Assembly: GCA_965215195.1 (NCBI GenBank)
Contig: CBDCDC010000002.1
Location: 2,176,001-2,240,000 of the forward strand
DNA: 64,000 bases
Direction of reading: 5' to 3'
DNA from: Candidatus Latescibacterota bacterium
GTDB taxonomy: Bacteria > Latescibacterota > UBA2968 > UBA8231
This document shows, in pieces, positions 47,216 to 57,026 of this stretch. The notes under the pieces are model-generated. The model searched no databases. It was given only the letters and a program-made list of their open reading frames with translations, and was not told the origin of the DNA. The first letter of the stretch is position 1, and every line of letters begins with the position of its first letter. The translations under genes and the position numbers were made by a program.

Positions 47216-50200
47216 GTGGTAAGAATAAAATGGTGCACACTCGCATATTGCCTGTTATGGGCATGGCTGCCGGCCAGCGCCCAGCGAGGGTACGACATCG
47301 TCGATGACCGCATTGTCGTATCCGGGCGCAGCCACTGGGAGCACTGGAAAAAACCCGAACACCTGACCACCATCGACAACTTGGGAGCGGTGCGTCCGCG
47401 GCACCTACGCTCGATCTACAACGTCCTCGCCGATCCCAGCATCACCCGTCTGGTCGTGATTACCAACAAAGACCGGCGCATCCTCAATGTAGATAGCACC
47501 CTGAAAGTGGATGTACTCGGCCGACCTGTTCAAGACACGCAGAAAAATTTCGTGTACGACTATCTGGTGCGGGCCGGGGTCAGCCGCGCAGGCTCCAACA
47601 TCGAGATGGCGGCCCACATCGTCGATGGCGATCCGACCACCTTCTGGGAGCCCGATCCGCGCGACCCCATCGAGCAGTGGTGGGTCGAGGTCGATCTGGG
47701 CCGCGCCGTGCCAGTAGAGGGCATTTCCGTGCGCTTCGTCGAAGAGGGGCTGGGCGATCCGTTCTTCAAGTACCTCCTCCTATTAGCACCGAATCAAACG
47801 CTATCGTTCGCCGACGACGGCAGGGTCAGTTTCGAGCTGTTTGTCCCCCACGAAGGGCCCAACACCCAGCAGCGCACCTTTTTCTTTGAAAGTGCAGTCG
47901 CAACTGGGGGAGTGTCCCTTGCGAACCCGGTCAACCCCGGGCTCGTAGATCCTACTGGCGGGATCAGCAGTGTCAAAAAACTGCGACAAAGCAGCGCCGA
48001 CCCGGCTTGGACCGGCAAGATCATCGAAACCATTCGCATCGTAATCACGGATACGCGCGGCGGGCGGGCCGAGCGAATAGACCAAGCCGCGTGGGAAGCA
48101 CTGCCGGCGCAGGAACGCGGCGACATCGTCCACTTCGTGCGCGACTTCGCCGGCCGCGAAGAGCCGGTGGACGCCGAGACCTACGAGTCCCTGGAGGAGG
48201 AGCGCCGTGGGCGGCGGGAATTCTACCGCCGAGAATTGCCGCGCCTAGCCGAGGTCGAAGCCTATGGCTGGGGAGACAACATCAGCCTCGGCCTAGTCGA
48301 AGGGGGCGGCACTTTGGATTTGACCTCGGCCGGTAAAACGCCGGGACCGGCCTTCGACGGGGATATCGGTAGTAGTTATCAGCAACCTACCCGAGACTTC
48401 CTCAACCCGGGTGCCAATGTGCTGACCATCGACATTGGCGGCACCGTGTGGCTGGACCAAATCCGCTTCGCCGGCGGCAATATCCGCGGTTACCAGATGC
48501 GGTCGTCCACCGGGGAACGCGATGCCCAAGGCAAGCTGCGCTGGCGCGCGATCACCCCACCAGAGCGGATAAAAAACGTCGATAACGGGTTCTTTGGCTA
48601 CCTCAACGATGTGCAGGATCCCGTGCGTAAGGTGCGCTTTCTCGATCTGTTGACCTTGGCCAATTTCATCGGCGACGATCAAAACCGCAGAGACCGCTTC
48701 TGGTCCCGCTTCAACGAACTGATGCTGTTTGCCGAAGGCGTACCCGCGGAAGTCGAACTGCAATCCAATCTCATTGAACTGCCTAAGCTGGTGACCTTGG
48801 GCAGTATCCACTGGGAGGCCGCCGCGCCCCCGGGCACCAAGGTTGAGCTGCGCACCCGCACCGGCGACCAGCTCATCCAGCAGGTGCGCTTCTACGACAG
48901 CAATGGCATCGAAAAAACCGCAGCCGAGCACAAAAAGCTCCTCGCCTTCCTCAAAGGGCCAATTGACACGTCCTTTGCAATAGGCCCGGGTTGGAGCCCT
49001 TGGAGCCAGCAATACCAGCAGTCCGGCGACCCGGTGACGTCGCCCAGTCTGCGCAAGTTCATGCAAATCGAGGCCCGTCTGCTCAGCGAGGACCGCGAGC
49101 TTAGCCCAGCGCTACAGAGCATCTCCGTAGAGTTGCACACTCCGGTCGCCCTCGGGCTGCAAGCCGAAGTCTGGCCGCCCGAGGCCCAAGTGGGGGTTCT
49201 GGACACTTTCGAGGTCTTCGTGCAACCCCAGTTCCTAGAGCGGCCCATCTCGGTCCGCAGCCTCGGATTCGACGAGATGCTCATCAGCGCCGATCCGGGC
49301 CTCGATATGCAGCTTATTGATGTGGCAATAGGCTCCGAGGAGCAGTTTGCATCTGGAGCACCGCAATCGCTTTTGGACCTCGCGAGCACTGACGGCCAGA
49401 TACTGCAAGGCGACTCGCTCCTAGTGCGCCTCCCGGAGGTTGCCCACAGCGCCACCGACGCGCTGCCGCAGCTATACTTCCGCACGACGGACGATGGCGA
49501 GGAAGTACCCACCAGTATCGACGGCCAGCTCCTGACGGCGACCTCGCACGCCCTGCTGCCAGACGCCGAGCGCGGCGCAGTGCGCTACTTCAGCAGGGCT
49601 GGTGAGGAAGTGGAGCAGGCCGCTTACGACGCGCTGCCGCCCGCGTCCCAAGGGCCGGTGCGCTACTTCCGCAAGGTAGTAGGTTTGGGCAGCCAGACGC
49701 TTTTCGACGAGGCCGGCGACACGCTCAGCGCGGCCCAGTACAACCGACTGGGCCGCGCCCGAGGGTGGGTCGTCGGGCGCGGCCTACTCGTGCGCCTGCG
49801 CTTTGCGGCCGCAGTCTTCCTGCACGGCACCAAGCTGAAGGTGGCCGTGCGCAACCAAGCGGCCAGCACGCCCTATCAGCCGGCCGACGCCGGCGACGCC
49901 ACTGCGCTGCGGCCATCGCAAACCTTGTCGATCGCCGCACTCGGTGCCGTGCAGGTCGTCGCAAACCTCTCGGTCGCACCCAATCCCTTCACGCCCAACG
50001 GCGACCTCGTAAACGACGTCGCTCAAATTGAGTTTTCGCTGTTCAAGGTCTATGCCGAGCGGCCGACCGCCGTCCGCATTTGGGCACTCGACGGCCGGCC
50101 CATGCGCCGGCTAGAGGGCACGGCCCAAGGCGGGCACCAGCACTTTACCTGGGACGGCAAGGACGACCAAGGCCGCGTCGTGCCGCCCGGTCTTTACATC

Positions 50201-50278
50201 TGCCAGATCGACGTCGAAATCGACGTCGAAGAGCGCGCCGGACAACGGCGCTCCCACCTCATCGCGGTAGCCTATTAG
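47216..50278 (+). CDS. Large secreted protein with discoidin-like domains and a C-terminal FlgD-Ig domain
   Basis: Signal peptide; DGDPTTFW...VEVDLG; PNPFTPNGD...WDGKD...PPGLY; ends IAVAY. Confidence 0.85.
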   Translation: MVRIKWCTLAYCLLWAWLPASAQRGYDIVDDRIVVSGRSHWEHWKKPEHLTTIDNLGAVRPRHLRSIYNVLADPSITRLVVITNKDRRILNVDSTLKVDVLGRPVQDTQKNFVYDYLVRAGVSRAGSNIEMAAHIVDGDPTTFWEPDPRDPIEQWWVEVDLGRAVPVEGISVRFVEEGLGDPFFKYLLLLAPNQTLSFADDGRVSFELFVPHEGPNTQQRTFFFESAVATGGVSLANPVNPGLVDPTGGISSVKKLRQSSADPAWTGKIIETIRIVITDTRGGRAERIDQAAWEALPAQERGDIVHFVRDFAGREEPVDAETYESLEEERRGRREFYRRELPRLAEVEAYGWGDNISLGLVEGGGTLDLTSAGKTPGPAFDGDIGSSYQQPTRDFLNPGANVLTIDIGGTVWLDQIRFAGGNIRGYQMRSSTGERDAQGKLRWRAITPPERIKNVDNGFFGYLNDVQDPVRKVRFLDLLTLANFIGDDQNRRDRFWSRFNELMLFAEGVPAEVELQSNLIELPKLVTLGSIHWEAAAPPGTKVELRTRTGDQLIQQVRFYDSNGIEKTAAEHKKLLAFLKGPIDTSFAIGPGWSPWSQQYQQSGDPVTSPSLRKFMQIEARLLSEDRELSPALQSISVELHTPVALGLQAEVWPPEAQVGVLDTFEVFVQPQFLERPISVRSLGFDEMLISADPGLDMQLIDVAIGSEEQFASGAPQSLLDLASTDGQILQGDSLLVRLPEVAHSATDALPQLYFRTTDDGEEVPTSIDGQLLTATSHALLPDAERGAVRYFSRAGEEVEQAAYDALPPASQGPVRYFRKVVGLGSQTLFDEAGDTLSAAQYNRLGRARGWVVGRGLLVRLRFAAAVFLHGTKLKVAVRNQAASTPYQPADAGDATALRPSQTLSIAALGAVQVVANLSVAPNPFTPNGDLVNDVAQIEFSLFKVYAERPTAVRIWALDGRPMRRLEGTAQGGHQHFTWDGKDDQGRVVPPGLYICQIDVEIDVEERAGQRRSHLIAVAY

Positions 50279-50296
50279 GGGCCAAAAGAGAGCGCC

Positions 50297-52960
50297 ATGC
50301 ACACTATTAGAATAAGCCTCGTTTTTCTACTCGTCGCGGCCGGAACAGCCCAAGAAGCAGCCGGCCAAGTCGATTACAGCGCGCGCCTAGGGCTGCAACA
50401 GGGCGACGAGACCTCCTTTGCGCCCCAAGGGCCGGACGTCATGCTCGGCGTCCTCGACCCAGCGGTGCGCCGCTGGTACGTGCCGCAGGAGCTCTACAAA
50501 GAGTACCACTGGCGCCAGTGGCAGTACACCAACTACGCCCGCAACCCCTACCAGCGCTATGTCGATATCAGCCTCGAAGGCAACTACTTTTACGACCTGT
50601 ACGGCAATTTTCTCACCCGTGGCTGGCTGATCTTCAACAACTCCCAGAGCAAGCCCCAGCAGTTCGGCAACTCGCTCCTCAAGTCCAACCGCTTCCAACA
50701 GTGGTTTTCCGACGTGGTCATCGCCTCCGACGCCAAGGGCCAATACTTCTACACCTTGACGACGAGCGCACAGATGCGCTCGGTGATCTCGCCGATGGTC
50801 TTTTCCAAGCCGCGCATGGACGGCGTACAGTTCGACCTCGCCACCGACCGCTACGAAGGGACGCTCATCTATTCGCGCTTGAGCAATCCAGGCGGCTCTA
50901 CCACCGAAGACCAAGAAGTGCTCCGCACCAACAACACCACGCTCTTCGGCGGGCGCTTCGCCTATCAGCTCAGCGATGCCTTGCAGTTGGGCCTACACGC
51001 GGTCAACGCCCACCAGTCGAACACGCTGTCGGACCGCTTGGTGGGCAACCCGTTTTCCGGTGCTTTGACCGTGGCGCAAAACAAGACCGTGGCCCTGATT
51101 CAGATCGTCCTGCGCGACGATTCCCCGGGCGACGACGCGGGTGGAGCCGCTTTCTTCGAGGCCGGCTCGGACGTGCTGATTACCTACGAGGACGGCACCG
51201 TTGATGCCGGCAAAGACATCCAATTCGAGCCAGTCATCGAGGGCGGCTTTGTCCAGCAGGGCTATATCGCCGCCAATGGCCCGGAGGAAATACGCCTGAG
51301 CTACAACTTCGACAGCCCGGCCTTTGTCGATCGGGCCTCGTTCCCCAAAGAGGACATCGTCAAAGTCGAGTTCCGGCTCGTGCTGGGCAACGACTATCAG
51401 GTCTGGATGACGTCCGACCGCCAAGTCAACCGCGACGGAGAGGCCGTGCTGCTGCTCGTGGCCCAAGCCGAGGGCAACGTGCAAGACATCACCAATTTGC
51501 AGACCGTCCGCTTCGAGTACGGCCTGCCCACGGCGACCCACATCTTCGGCGGCAACATCGAACTGCGCGACTACAAGGGCTTTGACCTGTACGCCGAATA
51601 CGACCTGAGCGTGAGCTACCGCAAGTACCCCAATGTCTTGCGCGACGAGCACCGCACTGCATCCGGCATCGGCGGTCGCCGCCGGGCACCGGCGTGGATG
51701 GTGAACGCGTCCAAAAAGGCCGCCCCCTTCTTTGCCTTTGGCGAGGCGTACAGCATGGATCCGCTCTACAACACGCGGACCTTTGTCACCACGGGCACGG
51801 GCGAAATCAACTACGACAGCGAGCGCGAGGGCATCGTCGAGCTCGTCGAAGACAACGACGACCAAGACCGCTTCCCGGACACGGTGCGCTTCGACTGGCT
51901 CCAGGGCGATTCCCAAGTCTTCCCGGGCTGGGACCAAAACAACGACTTCGTGCCCGACATCAACCAAAACGACAACTTCGTGCGCTCCAACGCCGTGCCC
52001 GACTACGAAGAACCTTTCCTCCGCTTCCATTCCGACCGCCCGGAATTCCTCTTCGGGATGGACATGAACAACAACTTCTGGATCGACCAATACGAAAACG
52101 ACGAAGAGCCAGATTACCCCTACCGCCGCGACCACCGCGGTTACAATGTGTACGGCGGTGCGGACCTGACGCCGCAGCTCAAGGTGATGGTCGGCGCACT
52201 GCGCGAGGAGCTCATCTCGTCGGATCAGCAAAACAAGAGCACCTACGCCCTCGTGACGTACGACAGCAATTCCCCGCGCTTGGGGCGCTTGCGCTTCTTT
52301 GAAATGAGCAAATTGGTGCAAGACGACATCCCCAATCCCCTCTTGCAGTGGGCGCCGGACAACACCCTGCGCGGCGGCGAGTTGACCAAGGTCGAAGACC
52401 CCCTGTTGGCCCGCGACACTTGGGTCAACCAGCTCTTTGTGGGCCACAACTTGCAGTCGGCCTCCTATAAAGTGCAGACCAAGATCAACTACGTGCGCTT
52501 CCGCCAGCTAATGAGCGCGGCCCGCCGGCAGGCCCTAGAGCTAGACGAGCAGGACTTCTTCTTTGGGGTGATCAACAAGGCCAGCTACCGCTATGCCTTG
52601 GGCCGGCTGAGCTTGGAGCCGCGCTGGAAAAGCGAATTCCGCAAGCAGTCGCGCAGCCTCTTCGCCTTGGAGCATTCCACCAGCCTGTACGAGCTGTTTT
52701 CGGCCGTCGTCGAAACCCGCGTCCTGCGAGCCACCCGACTGCAAGCGGGCGTCGAGTACCTGATTTTTAACGATTTCGACATCGATGCCAACGACTTCAA
52801 CTCCATCACCGGCGCGTTTCAGTTTACCAACCAGTCTCAGTACTTGGGCTACAGCCTCCACGCCCTAGCCGGGCTGCGCATCGAGCGCCAGGATTTCAAA
52901 GAGAAAGAGGCGCGGTACACGAGTCAGACCTTTATAACGATCTACGCAGGATTGGAATAG
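50297..52960 (+). CDS. Secreted/outer-membrane hypothetical protein with Asp-rich Ca-binding-like motifs
   Basis: Signal peptide; EDNDDQDRFPD, GWDQNNDFVPDINQND, DMNNNFWID; amphipathic C-terminal strands ending FITIYAGLE. Confidence 0.8.
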   Translation: MHTIRISLVFLLVAAGTAQEAAGQVDYSARLGLQQGDETSFAPQGPDVMLGVLDPAVRRWYVPQELYKEYHWRQWQYTNYARNPYQRYVDISLEGNYFYDLYGNFLTRGWLIFNNSQSKPQQFGNSLLKSNRFQQWFSDVVIASDAKGQYFYTLTTSAQMRSVISPMVFSKPRMDGVQFDLATDRYEGTLIYSRLSNPGGSTTEDQEVLRTNNTTLFGGRFAYQLSDALQLGLHAVNAHQSNTLSDRLVGNPFSGALTVAQNKTVALIQIVLRDDSPGDDAGGAAFFEAGSDVLITYEDGTVDAGKDIQFEPVIEGGFVQQGYIAANGPEEIRLSYNFDSPAFVDRASFPKEDIVKVEFRLVLGNDYQVWMTSDRQVNRDGEAVLLLVAQAEGNVQDITNLQTVRFEYGLPTATHIFGGNIELRDYKGFDLYAEYDLSVSYRKYPNVLRDEHRTASGIGGRRRAPAWMVNASKKAAPFFAFGEAYSMDPLYNTRTFVTTGTGEINYDSEREGIVELVEDNDDQDRFPDTVRFDWLQGDSQVFPGWDQNNDFVPDINQNDNFVRSNAVPDYEEPFLRFHSDRPEFLFGMDMNNNFWIDQYENDEEPDYPYRRDHRGYNVYGGADLTPQLKVMVGALREELISSDQQNKSTYALVTYDSNSPRLGRLRFFEMSKLVQDDIPNPLLQWAPDNTLRGGELTKVEDPLLARDTWVNQLFVGHNLQSASYKVQTKINYVRFRQLMSAARRQALELDEQDFFFGVINKASYRYALGRLSLEPRWKSEFRKQSRSLFALEHSTSLYELFSAVVETRVLRATRLQAGVEYLIFNDFDIDANDFNSITGAFQFTNQSQYLGYSLHALAGLRIERQDFKEKEARYTSQTFITIYAGLE

Positions 52961-52963
52961 CGC

Positions 52964-54907
52964 GTGATTTGGCGCAGCGACAATTTCGGCGCAGCCGTCA
53001 TCGGCATCGCACTCGTGGCCCTTTGGCCGCGCCTGACGTATCTCGCAGATACCGAGCAAAGCCCCTTCTTGGAGGTGCCCACAGCGGCGAGCCAGCCCTA
53101 CGTCGAGGTCGCTAGCGGGCAGAGTAACGCAGCGGTTGCCAGCCCCTTGTACCCGCTCTTTTTGCGCGGCCTCGTCGCGGCCGGGCTAGCGCCTCGCTAC
53201 GTCCAAGTCCTGCTGGGCGCGGTCAGTTGTGCGCTGGTGGCCCTAATCGGCCGCGCGCTTTGGGGGCCGAGCACGGGACTCGTCGCGGCCCTGTGCGCGG
53301 CCCTGTACGGGCCGGCCCTCTATTTCACCGGCTCCTTGCTGCCCCCGGTCCTCGCGGTATTTCTGGTGCTCTCGCTGTTGGCGGCGCTCTTATGGGCCGA
53401 TCGGCAGAGTAATGAGCGGGCGTTTTTAGGGGTCGGGCTTTTGCTGGCACTTTGCTTGCTGGCCGCGCCGCAAGTCGCACTTTTCGCGCCGGCCGTGCTG
53501 TGGTGGCTGTGGATAGAGGGGAAGCAGCGGGCGTGTGGGGCCTGTGCGCTGGGGACAGCTGGTGCGCTCGCGCTGTGGTATCTTTTGGGGATTGCTACAA
53601 GTGCGGGCGGCTCGCCCGATCTCCTCGTGCGCGGCGGGGAGCACTTGCCCGCGCTGGATATGTACCACGCGCGCGGCGATTCAGCCGTCCTAGCGGCCCT
53701 GTTGTGGAAATGGGGGCTCGCGTTTCCCTTCGGCTTGGTCGCGCCGCTGGCGCTATTGGGCGTGGGGTTTGCCGTGGCGGCGCGGGAGCGGGGTGCTTTG
53801 CTCGCGCTGCTGTTTGTCGCAACCGGCGCAGTCGGAATCGCGCTCTACGGTGCCCATGCCGAGACGCGCATGGTGCTGGTGCCCGTGCTCTTGCTCTTTG
53901 CGGTGAGTGGGGCCGGGCAACTGGCGCAAATGTCTTGGACGTGGAAGGGGGCCGCCGTGGCGGGATTGGTCCTAGTCGCGGCATTAGTCAATGCCAGTAC
54001 GCCCGCCATGGACCGGGCGGCGCAAGCCTCGCAGCACCGCTACTTGGGTCGCGCCTATGCGGAGTTGGGCATGACGGCCACGGCGATCGCCGCGTACGAA
54101 AAGGCCGTGGCCGCGGACAGTTCCGCCAAGGACGTGTATTGGGCCTTGGCGGCACTCTACGACGCGAGCGGCAAACCCGAGCGAGCACTGGGGGTTAGTC
54201 GGGTATTCGTCGCGCACTGGCCCGCCGACGAGCGCGGGCAGCGGGCACTCGGCGATCGCTACATGGCGGTGGGCCGTCCCCAACAAGCGCGCACCATCTA
54301 CCAACAGCTCGTCGCAAGCGGTGGGCACTGGGCACTGCTCGGGCACTTGGGGGACGCGCAACTGACGAGCGGCGCGCTCGACGAGGCCGTACAATCCTAT
54401 GAGCAACTGCTAACTTTGCGCCCGGATAGCAGTCGGGTGCGCTACCAACTGGCGCGCGCCTACGCTGCGGCCGGGCGAATGCAAGACGCCGAGCGATCCT
54501 ACCGCCAGCTCCTAGACAGTCCAGCCTATGGCGTGCAGGCGCGCGTGGAAGCGGCCGCACTCTTGCGGCGCAACGGCCAGCTAGCCGCCGCCCAACCGCT
54601 GCTCTCGCAAGTCCTAACGCTAGCGCCAGACCACCGCAAGGGACTGCTCCTATTAGGTGAAGTACTGTTAGAGCAGGGACAGCCCGGCGAAGCCCTAGCC
54701 CATTGGTTGCGCCTCGCCGCACTAGAGCCTCACAACTGGCGGGTCCAAGGGCACTTGAGCCAAGCGTACAGCGAATTGGGACAAGACGCCGAGGCACGGG
54801 ACGCCGAGGCGCGCTATCAGCGGGGAAAGCAGCGCGTCCAACTTCAGCAGCGCATCGAGGCTGAGCAGAAGGCATTGGCGAAAAAAATTCTCGGGGAAAA
54901 CTTATGA
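52964..54907 (+). CDS. GT-C (PMT/ArnT-like) membrane protein with C-terminal TPRs
   Basis: SPLYPLFL, VQVLLG, ALYGPALYF, LPFG-like segment, R.RM.L.P; TPR-rich C-terminal half. Confidence 0.75.
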   Translation: MIWRSDNFGAAVIGIALVALWPRLTYLADTEQSPFLEVPTAASQPYVEVASGQSNAAVASPLYPLFLRGLVAAGLAPRYVQVLLGAVSCALVALIGRALWGPSTGLVAALCAALYGPALYFTGSLLPPVLAVFLVLSLLAALLWADRQSNERAFLGVGLLLALCLLAAPQVALFAPAVLWWLWIEGKQRACGACALGTAGALALWYLLGIATSAGGSPDLLVRGGEHLPALDMYHARGDSAVLAALLWKWGLAFPFGLVAPLALLGVGFAVAARERGALLALLFVATGAVGIALYGAHAETRMVLVPVLLLFAVSGAGQLAQMSWTWKGAAVAGLVLVAALVNASTPAMDRAAQASQHRYLGRAYAELGMTATAIAAYEKAVAADSSAKDVYWALAALYDASGKPERALGVSRVFVAHWPADERGQRALGDRYMAVGRPQQARTIYQQLVASGGHWALLGHLGDAQLTSGALDEAVQSYEQLLTLRPDSSRVRYQLARAYAAAGRMQDAERSYRQLLDSPAYGVQARVEAAALLRRNGQLAAAQPLLSQVLTLAPDHRKGLLLLGEVLLEQGQPGEALAHWLRLAALEPHNWRVQGHLSQAYSELGQDAEARDAEARYQRGKQRVQLQQRIEAEQKALAKKILGENL

Positions 54908-56973
54908 AGCACTTGCTTGTCATAGGTGCATTGGTGCTTTTGCACAGTAGCGATTCGCAGGGGCGTCAAGTATTGCTCGTCGGCCAAGACGGCCAGATTA
55001 GCTGGGAGGGGGACGTGGAAGCCGGGGGCGCGGTGCAAACCATTGAGCCGGAGTATCGCTCCACTTTGGATCCCAACATCACCGAAATCGGCGTCGCGCC
55101 GGTCAATCTCGTCGATTTTGCCAGTGCGGATTTTCCCGCGAGCATCCTGCCGCGCCGAGTGCAGAAGGGGCAAAACCTCGCCGCTGAAATCGCCGAGCGC
55201 GGCGGCAGCATCCGCGCCCCGACCGTGTTCGACCTCGCCGAGTCCCAGCTACAAAACATCCTCGCGCAGATCGTATCGCCCGACCCCACTGGCGGGGCCT
55301 TTGAGCGCAAGGGACGGGACGTGTTGGGTACCTTGCTCGTGCTCGATTTGGGCGCGCGCTTTGGCGTCAACCAAATTCGCTTCTTCCCGCGCAATACGGT
55401 CTTTCCGTCGCTATCGACGCCCTTTCAGGAGGATTTCCTCAAAAACTTCGAGGTACACGTCAACGACGGCCAAGTGTTGACCGAGGCCGGCAACCCGATC
55501 TGGGAGACCTTTGCGGTGCGCACCAACAGCGCCGATCCGGTCGCCGTCATCGAGATCAACCCGCCGCGCTTTTTGCGCTTCATCCGCCTGCGCGCCACCT
55601 CATCCATCCCCTTTGAAGTGGAGAAATTCCAAGTCTTTGGCGAGGGCTTCTTTCCCACCGTGCAGTACATTTCCCCGATCATCGACATGGGCACCCCGGC
55701 CAATTGGGGGCGCTTGCGCTGGCTGGAGGAGACCGTCGGGCAGGCGAGTGCCGTGCAGATGCACATCCGCACCCGCAGCGGCAGGGACCCGTCGCCCTTT
55801 GCCTATACGCGCAAGCGAGTGGGGCGGCAAGACGCCGAGGAAATCGCGTTCTCAGTCGATGATCTCGACCAGCCGCTCTTGCGCGACGAGTACCTCGACT
55901 TGCCGGCCAAGGGAGGCCCCGCCGATGTGTGGGAGCGCGGCCCGGTGCGCGACGATTTGGCCAATTGGAGCCCGTGGACTTCGCCCTACGATCCGGTCGC
56001 CGGCACCAGCAGCGAGGGCGCGTTGGTCCTCTCGCCCGGGCCGCGCCGCTACTTCCAGTTCCGGGTTGACTTCCAGTCCGACGACCTAGAGTCGGCCAAA
56101 ATCCTGCGGCAGTTTTCCTTTGACTTCACAACGCCGCCGTTGGCCGATGTCCTCGTCGGCGAGGTCTTTCCGCGCGAGGTGCCGGCGGCCGCAGACATTC
56201 CCTTTGTCTATGCCGTGCGCGCCGAGATGGAGAGCGGGGATTTGCAGGGCTTCGACGGATTCGAGTTGGTCACCGGCAGCCGCATAGATCGCATCGAGCG
56301 CATTGAAATCATCGACGCGCAAGGCGAGTTCCTCTTAGCGCACGACTTTGCGGTGCAAGACGCAGTCGCCGACGAGGGCGACGTGGCCATCACTGCGATC
56401 TCGGAGCGCAGCTTTGCGGTGCGCTTCCCGCGAGTGGCAGCGCACAATAGCGTGTTGAAGATCCACTTTGTCAGCCGCATCCTCTCGTACAGCACGGCCT
56501 TTGAGGGCCGGGGATTGCTGTTGCAGGAAGACGCCTTCCAAAGCGTCCAAGCCGGCGACGCCACTGCGCTGGACGAAGGCGACATCTCGTTTAAGTCGGG
56601 CACTACCGTCTTGAGCCCGACTGTCAACAGCGGCAGCCTCGTGGGCAGCTTTGACCTCGCCGCGTCCGTTATTACGCCCAATGGCGACGGCATCAACGAC
56701 GTCTTGGCTATGGAATGCGAGGTTCTCGCAGTCGGCGGCGGGGCCCAGATTGCGGTCGATATATACGATTTAAGGGGACGCCGGGTGCGCCGCCTCTTCA
56801 ACATCGAAGGGCAGAGCGGCGTGTACAGCTCGGAGAACCTCACCCAACTGCGGTGGAACGGGACCGACGATCAGGGTGAGAACGTGGCCCCGGGCCTCTA
56901 TCTAATCCAACTCAATATCGAGGGCGATGCGCGCGCCAGTGCCAGTACGCGCACCATTGGGGTAGCGTACTAG
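54904..56973 (+). CDS. Secreted FlgD-Ig-tailed protein
   Basis: Signal peptide; LDLGARFGVNQIRFFPR, NWSPW, SPGPRRYFQ, TPNGDGIND, WNGTD; ends IGVAY. Confidence 0.85.
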   Translation: MKHLLVIGALVLLHSSDSQGRQVLLVGQDGQISWEGDVEAGGAVQTIEPEYRSTLDPNITEIGVAPVNLVDFASADFPASILPRRVQKGQNLAAEIAERGGSIRAPTVFDLAESQLQNILAQIVSPDPTGGAFERKGRDVLGTLLVLDLGARFGVNQIRFFPRNTVFPSLSTPFQEDFLKNFEVHVNDGQVLTEAGNPIWETFAVRTNSADPVAVIEINPPRFLRFIRLRATSSIPFEVEKFQVFGEGFFPTVQYISPIIDMGTPANWGRLRWLEETVGQASAVQMHIRTRSGRDPSPFAYTRKRVGRQDAEEIAFSVDDLDQPLLRDEYLDLPAKGGPADVWERGPVRDDLANWSPWTSPYDPVAGTSSEGALVLSPGPRRYFQFRVDFQSDDLESAKILRQFSFDFTTPPLADVLVGEVFPREVPAAADIPFVYAVRAEMESGDLQGFDGFELVTGSRIDRIERIEIIDAQGEFLLAHDFAVQDAVADEGDVAITAISERSFAVRFPRVAAHNSVLKIHFVSRILSYSTAFEGRGLLLQEDAFQSVQAGDATALDEGDISFKSGTTVLSPTVNSGSLVGSFDLAASVITPNGDGINDVLAMECEVLAVGGGAQIAVDIYDLRGRRVRRLFNIEGQSGVYSSENLTQLRWNGTDDQGENVAPGLYLIQLNIEGDARASASTRTIGVAY

Positions 56974-57026
56974 GCTTTATGCGATTCCACCTCACTGCGT
57001 GGGGGTTCAAAAAAGGAATGAGGATC

